From contig NC_045697.1 of assembly GCF_009834535.1 (NCBI RefSeq), positions 20,958,001-21,022,000 of the forward strand: 64,000 bases of DNA. Reading direction: 5' to 3'. The notes under the pieces were generated by a model, which saw only the letters and a program-made list of their open reading frames with translations, had not been told where the DNA came from and did no database searches. A program made the position numbers and the translations under genes. Origin of the DNA: Camelus ferus (taxonomy: Eukaryota). Below are positions 38,506 through 50,095 of the stretch, piece after piece. The number at the start of each line of letters is the position of its first letter. Position 1 is the stretch's first letter.

Positions 38506-41500
38506 TCTCAGTTCAATAGCTTAGTTTTGGATTCTCTCTTGGAAAACTCCCATCTTACTTCTGATAGATGTCTTTCTAGCATGCTCCAATATTCCAGCAA
38601 TAAATCCCAATATCTAGCAGTAAACACATACTGAAGTTTCATAAATCTAATTGGATTTGTAACCACAGGATAGGATATTTTAATTGGACTATGCCAAACA
38701 GCTACATTTCTGAACATGGATGGGAGGATTAATCTCAATAAATCTACATGGATGGGAAATATGAACTGTTACTAAGAGAAAGGCAGCCAATAAACATCAA
38801 TCTTAGTCTAATTCTTTAACCACCCAATTAAAAATCATCTTTCTCATTAATGATTCTTAACAATATGTCAAGGGATATAAATATGTATACTTAACTCTTC
38901 CTAAAAGGAAGGCAAAATTTGATCTGTTATTACATTTAATATCATATCCAGAATCTCTGGATGATAGGGAGATCCCTTTGTGAAATCTGGCTGTAATTTT
39001 CCAAGGGCCGACAACCTATCAGTAAATGATAAGCTAAACTAAGCCCAGGATGTCCAATATATTTGTATGGATGATATATTAGGCACCTGTAGTAAAAACT
39101 CCCGTTTGTAAACATGTAACAGCCACTAGTTCATAACAGGTATCATAGTCTGTTGGAATTAAATAACAAGTTATTCCTGAGGTTTCATTTAAGTTTTGTG
39201 CATGTGCATTTTGGTGGTTTTTTTTGGGGGGGGGTTGGGTTTTTTTTGGGGGGGGGAGGGTTGGCTTTAGTTATGTTTTTGGGAAGAAACTGCCCTGACC
39301 GTTGCACTTCATTCTTGGTGATTCTCCTTTCCTGGTGAAGCTTTTAGAATAATGGACTCCATCTCCATGTCACTGTTCTTGCTGTTCCATAGGCCTCTTC
39401 TTGTTTGTTTAAATTTTAAGGTTTAGGAATTGTTTTAGGCTTAAGCAATCACATATTTTAACAATCTGAGTTGAGCTGTCTCTGACAATGGAACCTGTGG
39501 GAAAATGAATAGGTTTCTGTTCTGTTCATTTCTGATCAATTCCAGAGGCATTCAGTTGTAATTTTTAGCCAAAATGAGGCATTTAAATTTATCTTTCTTG
39601 AGCATTAGATCTTTGTTCTTTGCCCATTCCTTCAGATTTCATTTTCCTGTAGTCTGCTATTTTAATCTCTGCCTGGAGGAAATTTTAATTAAATGCCAAT
39701 AATTTGCACCTGTCCCTACATAGCATTTAGGCCGCTTGTCAAAATGATCCTGTTTATCATAAATAGTGGCATTTATCAAGCAGAGATGGGTTATTAAGTG
39801 TTTGTGAGAGATCTGTGGGGCCAGGCTTCTTCAGCAGTCCTAAGTTATCCCTTTATAAATTCCCACCTCCTGGAGTTTTCCAGCTTTGAGAGATTCCATA
39901 TTATTTCACTCAGTTGCTTTGGTTTACAGTCCCAGGTAGAAGAAATTCTCATTGAGAAAGCCACAGTTTCTTTAATACATGATTCCAGTGGCCAATTCTC
40001 TAGTGTGAATTTTTTTTAATACTAAGAAGTGGCTAAAAGATTCAATAAATAGCCTGCAAACCCCAGTGGTGTGAAATTGCCCTGCAAGACTCCTAATGCT
40101 GTAGTCTGGGATTGAACATGGATCTGTGTTACAAGATACACTAATTCATAGTTGATAGGGGTGGAAAAGATTTGCTGATTCTTCTGCTCAGGAAGATCAT
40201 CATTCTTTTCACCAAGGAGAATGAAAGAGATGCGGCAGGATATCATTACAATTTAAACAAGCTCAGTTCAAATACTCCTTTGGTGCAAGCAGGAAGATTA
40301 ATTACTGTAAAACCATAAATAAATTCACATTATGGAGTCTATTAGCAAAATCCCCTAGCCTAAGCCAAGATCAAAAGATTATGAAGAAGTTTACTGCCTC
40401 AAGTACAAGATTGCAAATAACATAGGAATAAAAGAAGGGGGAGAAGGATTATGTAGCTAATGAGGTAGCAGACTAAGAAACCATGAACTTATGCCAGGAA
40501 AGGAAGAGACTGGCAAGCAATATTTGACAGACGTTATGGAAGCTGAATGAACAAGTGTTGAGTTGATCCACATTTTCCCTAGTAGAGATGATCTTTGTAA
40601 CCAAGATTAACAATGATCAAATATGGTTCCTCTTTGTGGAAACAGCTTGACTTTGTAGAAATGGCTTGACTACTTTTCCCAAGCTTCGCTTGAAGTTTAA
40701 AGTGATCATTCCCTTCAGATCAGGCCAATGAAAGATAAAGTTGCCTGACTCTCTCTCCCTTTTCCCCAAATAAACTTCCCATAAAAAAAAAAAAAAAAAT
40801 CCTTCGTCCTCCTTCCCCTTTCTACTGAATGGACAGAGAAAACCATGGTAAGGTAGAAAGTCACATATGGAAGATGACAATACGGTCTTTATCCTGAGTC
40901 TCTGAATATGTGAAGCAGAACACCTCATTCACCTGGATACTGCCCAAAATTCTTATGTAAACAACACATACGTTTTTACTGAACAAACCATTACAAGTTT
41001 GAATCTACCTGACATTGTTACCTAGCCCACACTAATTAACACAGAAATCAATATAAGTATTGGGTTGTCATATGGTAAGGAATTATTAAACTGATATTAG
41101 AGACCAGAAAGGACTCTCATATACATTGATTTAAAACACTTTGTAACACTATGATTTCAGTATCTTGGAAGGCCAAGAGAGAGCTACCATTTCTTCACTT
41201 CTAGGGTAAGAGGTCAGATAGATCCCATCCAAGATAGAATTTTAGTGTGTGTTGACTTAATTGCTGTATTTAGCAGAGTTTTAATAAAAATAAATTAGCT
41301 AATCAAGAATTGACTGTTTCAGACCAGAGCTGTAAGGGAGTAAGAGTAAAAGAACTAACAGCTTTGCAGAAGTAGAAAAGTTATCTGCTCTTGCATCAAA
41401 ACATAGAATAGAAAGTTTTCTATCCATATTGTTTTAAATGGCCTCAAAGTTGAATGATTCTATTAAACTGTTACAGACATGAGGAAAAAGAGGAAAGATA

Positions 41501-42280
41501 AAAATAATCCTAAGGATCCTTCCCTGGAAATAAATTTAGTGAAAATTATGGGCATATGGTACTAAATGGAAGCAAAAGAGATCAGAAGCCTACTGAGTTG
41601 TATTTGAGAGAAATCATGAGCCTGATACTTAAAAATCTGTGATTGTAAAAATCTGGGTTGTAAACAGAGTAAAACTAGTACAACGTGTACTCCCTAATGA
41701 TCACTTTGAATGTGACCATACAAATAATGCACAAGAAAGAACCACCCAGGAGATGGGGCTGGGTCACAGATAATCATGAGCAACCAAATCCCACAGGGAG
41801 AGAAGATCCAGGGTATAATAAAATAATAAGCCAAATTTCTGGGTCACACAATGTTTTCCCAGCAGAATTGCATCACCTGTATGGATAAATAACTGTTATG
41901 AATTTATTTTAATTCCTTTTATGGATAAGAACTTTTATTACATAACATCTTTTCTTGCTCTGCCATTATATATCAGAAGTGGGGAAGTTGCTGGGAGAGA
42001 TAATTTGCATTTTTATATTATAAATTGGTTTACTATAAAACCATATCAGAGCAATATGGGAAAAAGAAATTTCAGTACCAAGAAACTGGATTTTTGAGAT
42101 GAATGCAGTAGCTGGTTGGAGCTGGTGAGAAGATTGAATGCATGGTGAATAGAAGTTTGCATTGTGGAAGACTCGTAATTTCACCCAAATCAAATTCCTC
42201 ATTGTCCTTGGCACACAACTAAAATACACATTTCAGATTCACTTGTAGCTATGTGGAACTGACTTCTAAATAATAGAATA

Positions 42281-42765
42281 TGTATTGGTTAACTTTTGTT
42301 AAACAACAAACCATTGCCAAATTTAGTGTCTTAAAACAACCATTTTTTTAGCTCATGATTCTATAAATCAACAATTTTGACAAGACTCAACTGTGAAGTT
42401 TTCTTGATTTTGCTTGGTTCACTCATTCATCTATGGATCTCCTTCTGGAAGCTGTTTAGCTGTCATCTAGGGTAATGGGAAGTTCTGAGCCATCTGTCTC
42501 TTAGCATCCAACAGATTATCTGAGACTTCAGATAGCAATGGAAGCACAATCTTCCAAGGGCAGCAAGAGAAGGTAAACCCCAAAGCTAAATCATTTTTTC
42601 AGGTTTCTCCTTGTGTCCCTTGCTCAAAAAAATAAATAAAATCCAATAGACAAATCCAAATTTAGGATTCATAGAAATATAATTGACCTCATTATGGAAG
42701 AAGCTGCTAATCCCCATTGCAAAGGGGACATGTAGACAGCAATGGGAAGAATCTGTGGCCAAAGA
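42281..42765 (-). mobile_element. Nested MLT1H/I-like LTR
   Basis: 'tgtattggttaacttttg..aacaaaccattgccaaatttagtgtcttaaaacaaccatttttttagctcatgattct', 'atggaagaagctgctaatccccattgcaaaggggacatg'. Confidence 0.7.
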
Positions 42766-42879
42766 AAATGACTAGGAATAATGTGTGCTACTTTCAGACC
42801 TTCTCATTAAAATCTCTTAACCTCTTATGTTCTTTCCATGGTCATTCTCCCTTCAATTAGCTGGAAAGACACAATTGCT

Positions 42880-43428
42880 TTTGGGTATTATATCTGGTCA
42901 CAAATTCTTTGCCACTCTTTCCATCAGTAAGAGAATCTCTGTTGGCCATGTGAGTTCCATGGGCAAATAAAATACAGTTGCTGTGGTGTGTCTGATTTCA
43001 AGGCCTAACTCTAGGAGTCCTGATAACTTCAATATTTACCCTCTTGGAATCCTATCCCTCCATGAAGCGAGTTTCATCTGTCTTATTAGAGAGACAATGT
43101 GGATAAAGAAAAATTTCTGGCTAGCCTTCAACTCTTCCAGCAATCCCATCTGAACTGTCATACATATGAATTCAGCCATCATGGATTTATGGCCAGCCTT
43201 GAACTACACCAGCTATTCCATCTGAGCTACTAGGCATATGAATCAAGACCAAATTGAGACTCCAGTTGATGGCAGTCACCTGAGTGAGCTCAGATGACAC
43301 CAGAAGAATCTACCAGATGAATCTAGAGGTTATTGGTAAATTGTGAATATGTTTTTTTTTTTTTTGTTTTTGTTTTCATCCGCTAAGTTTTAGGATAATG
43401 TTTTATACAGCGATGGGTAGCCAGAGCA
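42880..43428 (+). mobile_element. Nested MLT1F/G-like LTR
   Basis: 'tggtcacaaattctttgccactctttccatcag', 3' end 'ccgctaagttttaggataatgttttatacagcgatgggtagccagagca'. Confidence 0.7.
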
Positions 43429-44594
43429 ACCATGGTGCCTTGGAAGATAATTGAAGATGGAAGAACCTCAATATTCATTTTCCTAAATGAGTTGATGATA
43501 AACTCTAGCCCCACCTAAACTTGTATAGACCTAGAGCTTTCCAAGGGAGTAAATGAAATATTATCCTATTAAGCCATTTCACATGTAGTTCTACTTTATT
43601 TTCCTGCAAATTAGTTCTCTCTAAATGATAAAAGCTCCTACTATTGATGATCAAACTATATTCCCATATTCTGCTCAGCCATTACCCACTGTATTCCAAT
43701 ATGCAGTTCACTTTCTGGTGGTTTAGGACACCTCAAAATCTCCTTCCTCTCCAAAAATATAGGTTATGAGGGGTTGAATACCTTATATGTTATTGGTGTT
43801 ATAAAGAAAACTCTTACCTGTGGCCAAAGTGGAACAAATAGAATCACTGTGAAATTGACCATTTAACTGGTACAGTGACAGAACACTTTGCCCCTGTCAC
43901 ATCAAAATGGGACACAAGATTGAGTTGACACAAGAAAGATTGAAAAAAAATTTCTGCAGAGAAAATGCCAAATGGAAATTCTGAAGTCTTAATTTCCATG
44001 GGAATAAAGCACTTTGGCATCACTCAGGCAATCTTTTGCACAAGAATGATCATTCAAGCTGCACATCAGCATGAAATATTCCAGGTACACACCAAGAAAT
44101 GGTCAAATCTAAAAATATTACCTTATTCATGAGAAGACTAATGTATCATTATATGCAATGTATACAAAAATTTTAAAGCCCCATGAGAAAGAGGCTGAAG
44201 ATGATATTACATCTCAGGCAAATCTTGTCTTTGGAGAAAAGCTGTATTTCTCATAGAACAACAGAGAAATGAGGCAGCAGCAAACAAGATGGAAGATCAA
44301 GGTTCAAGGGAGGAAGTCAGTGTAGACTCTTAGTACCGTGGAGTAAACCAACATGAAGGTAAACAGGGACATATTCATGAATTAAACACTGCCGGTTCCC
44401 CAGTGTAAATCTCTATGAGGGCTGGGGAGACTTATGTCATTTCCCTGCTAGAACAGGGAAAGTCTAGGGAGAATTGACACAGGTTGGTCACACTACAGAT
44501 GAGTGAACAAATAAATGAATAATGGAAATCCTAGGGGAATAATGGAATGCACCTACATTTATAAGGTTAGCTATACGAAATCCAGCCCTATCCA

Positions 44595-44760
44595 ATAGCT
44601 TTTTCTCTGAGGAAGGAAATGTTATATATTAAAAATTTTCAAATACAGTAAACACTAGGCACATGTGGCTGTTGAACACTAGAAACATGGCCAGTGTAAC
44701 CTAGGAATTGATTTTTAAAGTTAATTAATTTAAATGTAAGTTAAATAGCATATGTAGGTA
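44595..44760. mobile_element. MER3-like (hAT-Charlie) fragment
   Basis: 'caaatacagtaaacactaggcacatgtggctgttgaacactagaaacatggccagtgtaacctaggaattgattttt'. Confidence 0.75.
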
Positions 44761-45799
44761 TTTGAGTTGGGCTTCTACTACTTCTGGGATGGCTGATGAT
44801 CATAGAGCTAATTAAATAAGATACCATCTTTTCAAGGTTCAAATAACTTTAATTTGACAGAAAATATCTTTCTACTAGCATATGTTTATTCATTTACCAA
44901 AATTACATTAGGCCTATTCTTCTTGCCTGATAGGGGAAACCCAAAGAATCTTCTAAAGCTTGTGGAAAAGGAAATAACACTATTATTTTGCTTCCTGTTC
45001 ACAGCATGCAGTCAGATTTTAAAAGATATTTTTGGCCTATGTATTTACCATGAAGACATTTTACATTAGGCCCCAGACTTTCATCCCAGGCTGGTTTCCA
45101 ATTATTCTGCCAAATAATCCTTATGTAATAGGTGAATATGACTAGTCTACTGTAAAGCAGCCCTTCGGCTTTACCCGATCCATCACCTCCTCTTCCTTCA
45201 TTTTTTTCTCCTCCTTCTCCTCTTTTTTCTTTTTTTAATTCGTTTATCCTGAAGCTTTCCTATCTATTCATGAATGACTTTTTCTACATTGTGAGATCCT
45301 TGAGTCCTACCTTAATGTCTTACTCTAATCAGTTTTTTCTAAAAAAGAAGAAAGAAGATGGAATAAATATGTATTGCGTAGGTACTTAAAAACAGTTGCT
45401 TTATGGAGCTATTTGTTTTAACTCTTTAAATAATTTTATAAGAAAAATGTATTTTTTCTATTCTCTGGATGAGAGAATTGAGCCTTAGAGAAATTTAGTA
45501 AATTGACTAAGGACACATAGCTATCAAGTATTTAAATTTCCGTACAAAAACATTTTTCTGATAACATCTTTATTTCACTACCTTACTAGCAATGCTAGCA
45601 CTTGATCTTACAACCATTCCCCTTTGGGACCTTGGGGTACAGTGGAGAAGAACGTTCTGCCTAAGAAAAATCTTAGCATAGTTTAATTGACCTCATAAGT
45701 CTGCCAGCCTACTCATAGGTGAGGTTTTGCTCTGTCTCAAACCTGACTCAGAGTCGGAAATATAATTTATGGAGATTTTATAAAAGATCCTTTGCCTGT

Positions 45800-47150
45800 A
45801 CTAAAATATTTTCTCAACCAGGTCTCAGTTCCAAAGGTCCCATCTTGCCACTATGTTTTTGTACAATCTATAATGAGCAGCTGGAGTCCCACACAAAAAA
45901 TCTTTGCCTTCTCTGGGGTCCCTAGAGTCACATTGCCATTCTATTACTTACCAAGTAACAGATACATGCTACAAAATTCAGAAGACCTATGAGACTTTTG
46001 CCTTCCAGAAGCCAATAAAAAATGTGATTTATCTTAAATCTTCCTTTCTGGCATCTATACATTAGAAACTAAATTATCAAAATCTTCTAGGGCAGCAAGG
46101 GAAAACATGAATGTTTTCACCTTTTTGTTGCCTATAATCTAATTCCAGGAGCCTAAATCAAGCCCAAGCAAAAATCTAAAATGCCTTCATATCCCCAGTC
46201 TCTAATGTTAGATAGCTCCACTATGAAACAAAGGAATATTTAAACTTAACTCTCTTGGCATTAAGTGTGATGTTTGGACAAAGAGGAAAAGAAAGAATAT
46301 CCAAGTCATTTTTTTCTGCTTTCAGTTCAGATCTCTTCAAATATGTGTGACTGTAAGACCTCTGTAACTCTTGCTGCTTCCTAAGAACTTAACACAATGT
46401 CTGAGTCTGTGTGATGGTGGGGATTCACAAAGTTTTCACCCTTCTTTAAGTCTTCTCTGATCAGTGAGAATAACAAGAACTGCCCTGTAAGTTTTTGTTA
46501 AGCTCCTGAAATCTGAGGACAACTCACTAATTCATCAGTTTGTTTTTTTGCACAGATTTTACAATGTCAAGGAGTTTTAAGTCAGGAGGTATCGGTAAGT
46601 CCTGTTTATTTCAGTTATATTAAGTTCTCGCCATGTAGTTCAGACAGTCAGTTCTGGGACAATAACTTTGCTGACATCTACTACTTCCTCAGTGTGTTCT
46701 GTTATTATCAACTGCAAGTTCCCTTAGATCCTTAGAGATATTAACACCAAGTGAAATATCTAAGTGATGTTGGGCCAATAATGAGAATACAGCTACCCGC
46801 ACTCATCATTCACTTGTATTCAGTGGATGGTATTTTTTACCTTATGGTCATTGTCTAAATAATTGACTTGTTCTGCAGAAAGAGAGGGTTTTCTCTATGT
46901 ATTGTCTTCCCAGTTAGATAATTCTTAGCTGCAAACAAAAAATGATGCATTAGTTAGTAAATCTGGTAGAGAATGGTATTGAGTTAAGATGGGTTGTTTT
47001 AAAATGTTTCTCAATCACTTCTTAAGTCCACAGGTCCCATTTAGTCATTATGTCTTTCTACCACCCATAATGAACAACTGGAGTCACACCCAAGAACGTT
47101 TGTGTTTCCTGAACTCATACTTATATTCTATTATCTACCAAATCACTGGT
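45800..47150 (+). repeat. Pair of diverged ~150-bp direct repeats (45800-45960 and 46998-47150)
   Basis: Ungapped core 45810-45899 vs 47007-47096: 69/90 identical by hand count. Confidence 0.85.
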
Positions 47151-48039
47151 TTTGCTAATCAACATTTTCTATACACAGCCCTATATTGAGTATCAGCTAA
47201 CTTCACACCTGAATTGCCCTTTTTTTTTTAACCTTTCTCCTTTTATCTATTACAAGTCCAGACTTGCATGGAGGATTCAGTAGGAAAGATTTCAACTTGT
47301 GGTAATAATTTTTGAGGAACTAACATCAATTGGCCTGCTCATGAGCCAATTAGACAGTAGAATGAGTTATATGAAATGGTTTTAACTTAATTTTTCTCTG
47401 TTCTATAGCAGAGACAAGAACATAATGCCTTTTGTAACACAGAGGACAATATGAAGAGCTCTGCTTGGGGATTATCTTTGTGTTTATGTTGCTTCTGAAT
47501 GCTTGCTACCTATGCATATCTTTCTTAGAGGTGTCATCAGAAACGTTATTTATGTATTTTTTCTCCTTATTTATAAACTTAATATTCCTGGAGGATGCAT
47601 TTAACTATGTGAAATTTGGAAGAATGGTACAAAATTAAGAACAGATATTTTGGATTCAGACACCTGTAATAAAATTTCCTATATGGTTTTTGAATTAATT
47701 GTGTGATTATGTGAAAGTACACTACTTCAAATTTGTCTTCAATTCATTATTGTGTAAATGAGGATGACAAAACATATTCCATTTTTAGTGTGGAAATTAA
47801 ATGAAATAATATATATAAAGGACCTGTAATACATGTATTTGCTCAGCACATGCTCCTTCTTATTCTCTCACATGAAGGCACAAGGAATCTGTGTCATATT
47901 AATCCTAAAATCTTTTATTGTATTTTTTTCCATGAAAGAAAAGATTCAGTTTTTAGTTAATTACCTAAACTACAAAAAATTTAGAGGTTGTTGTCAAGAA
48001 CCAACTTTAAAGAATATTCTGCTTAAATGTCTTGATCCT

Positions 48040-48093
48040 CAAAGCTGACTTACAACGTGTTAATTTCTGGTGTACAGCATAGTGGTTCAGTTT

Positions 48094-48141
<48 letters not shown>

Positions 48142-48232
48142 AACTTTTCACATTCTTTTTACTATAAGCTATTACAGGGTATTGGATATAGTCCCATGTG
48201 TTATACAGTAGGACACTGTTGTTTATTATTTT
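48040..48232 (-). mobile_element. Short L1 3' tip containing a (CA)n(TA)n microsatellite
   Basis: 'gctgacttacaacgtgttaatttctggtgtacagcatagtggttcagttt..(ca)n(ta)n..tattggatatagtcccatgtgttatacagtagga'. Confidence 0.8.
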
Positions 48233-48914
48233 TAAGGTAAAGTAAGTACACTGTGTGATATAGGCTCAGAAAGTGAGGCACAGTGTTTTAATTTAGCTTA
48301 ATATGGACATCTTTTTTCTCTAAATTAGTTTTGGCTTAGTTACTCCATTATTTCTCTTTCAAAAACCAAAATTCTGAAATTCTCTGATTGTGTACAGTTA
48401 ATATAATATACATGTATACTTTTAATACATAGTTGATGGTTTATAATTGTGAAAAAAAAACTATACATGTTTTCCAGATACAGAATGGTTTCTAATACGA
48501 TAAATTGATGGGACTTTTAGAGAAATGTTAAGATAACCCAACAGAAGAAATAGACTTTGAGTGATTTTTATCCCCTTTCACTTGATTTTATGAAAATTAT
48601 AAAGTAAAATAGATGTAGTTCACATTGAATATTAGGTTTCAACCATATACAAATAGGGTGAGCTTAAATAAACTCAAAGATATAATTTTATGTCATTATT
48701 ATATTGTGGCTATAATTTTATTACTGTTTGGGATCTGTTATAGTAACCAACTAATTAGCTCAGAGTGTTGACAAAGAAGTTGGCTCATGAATAGTCCAAA
48801 CTGTTCTACACTGGAGTGATCACATATGATAATTTTATTTTCTCTCTGGCTGTTTTAAGCATTAATAGTCTTGGCCATCAAAGGAAGATAATAGAAGAGT
48901 AACAGTTCATCACT

Positions 48915-49384
48915 TGTGGTGGGCAAAATAATGGTTCCACTAAAGAGTGCACATCCTATAAATGTGTTAGGTTACATGGCAAGGGGGAATTAAGATTGCA
49001 AATCAAATTAAGATTGCTAATCAGATAACCTTTAGCTGGGGCAATTATCCTATAATCACCAGAGTCCATTAATGTAAAAGAAGAAAGCAGAAGAAGAGTC
49101 AGTGTAAGAATGATGTGATGAGAGAACTACTCAGTCATTGCTGACGTTGAAGGTGGAAGGGGTCCATAAGCCAAGAAATGCATAGAACTTCTAGAAGCTA
49201 GAAAAGGCAATAAAAAGGAATTCCTCCTAAAGCCTCCAAGAAGAAATATAGCTCATTCAACACTTGAGTTTAGGGTAGTAAAACCCCTTTGGACTGTTGA
49301 TCTCCAGAGCTGTAATATATTTGTATTGTTTTAAACCACAAAGTTTGCAGTAATTTGTTATAGCAGCAAAAGGAAATATATACA
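48915..49384 (+). mobile_element. MLT1C/D solo LTR
   Basis: tgtggtgggcaaaataatgg...gtaatttgttatagcagcaaaaggaaatatataca; 5-bp TSD tcact/tcaca. Confidence 0.88.
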
Positions 49385-49889
49385 TCACATCGGTCTTATC
49401 AGTAGCCTTGATGTTTTGCCCCTTGTCATTCTCCTATAACTACGTTATCAATCTTGAATGATTCATTTTTTGGATTCTACTTTGGAGTTTATATGATCTA
49501 TTTGTGATAATCAAGTAATTGTGCCAAATAGAAGCGTAAGCACAGGATTATGGTGGTGGAGCAGGGACCTGCTATTTTCTTCACTGTTGATTTCTAATAC
49601 CACTGAATAATGATCAGATTTCCTCTTCTATGAATTATGAATGTGAATTTTAAAGATTTGAAAATATTCATCCATCATTTTTTGTGGTTGAGAAGAGTGA
49701 GATAGTTTCTGTATATACACGCTTTTGAATCTAGATCCAAAATTTTATCATTACAAATTAATTGTTAAATTTCCACTCTTAAGGAACTTTACAATGTTGT
49801 TTCAAATCTATTGTGCTTGTGCCTGCATTGGCTTCATCTTCTATGTCATGAAGCATTTGGACCAACCTGTTCTATTCAATTGACGTAAC

Positions 49890-50095
49890 TTAGTACCATG
49901 CAGCTAAAAGTATGGACTCTGAAATAAAACTATTGTTTTTGTCACTTACAAATTGAGTGATCTTGGCCAGCTTACTTAAGGTATCTGTGATTTGGCTTTC
50001 TCATGTGTGAAATGAGTATTCCTAATGTTAACTACCTTGTAGTTACTGAAAATTAAGTGCAATCATTACTAAGAAAATGTCATATAGTAAGAACT
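49890..50095 (+). mobile_element. MIR
   Basis: 'aaagtatggactctgaaat...gtcacttacaaattgagtgatcttggccagcttacttaaggtatctgtgatttggctttctcatgtgtgaaatgag'. Confidence 0.75.

Larger units (their letters stand above)
40590..43630 (+). mobile_element. Probable MaLR provirus remnant (MLT1I/J-like LTR, internal region, LTR); second LTR carries two nested MLT1 LTRs
   Basis: LTR1 ~40590-41043 ending 'cccacactaattaacaca' then an internal-like start 'gaaatcaatataag'; LTR2 starts ~42165 ('tgtggaagactc...cttggcacacaactaaaatacacatttcagattcacttgtagcta'), resumes at ~42770 and ~43430 ('tgaagatggaagaacctc...attaagccatt'). Confidence 0.5.

Noticed and set aside
45792..47189. ORFs 45792-45992 and 46989-47189 as paralogous small proteins
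   Set aside because: Their similarity follows from the DNA repeat; one lacks an ATG and many core substitutions change the amino acid
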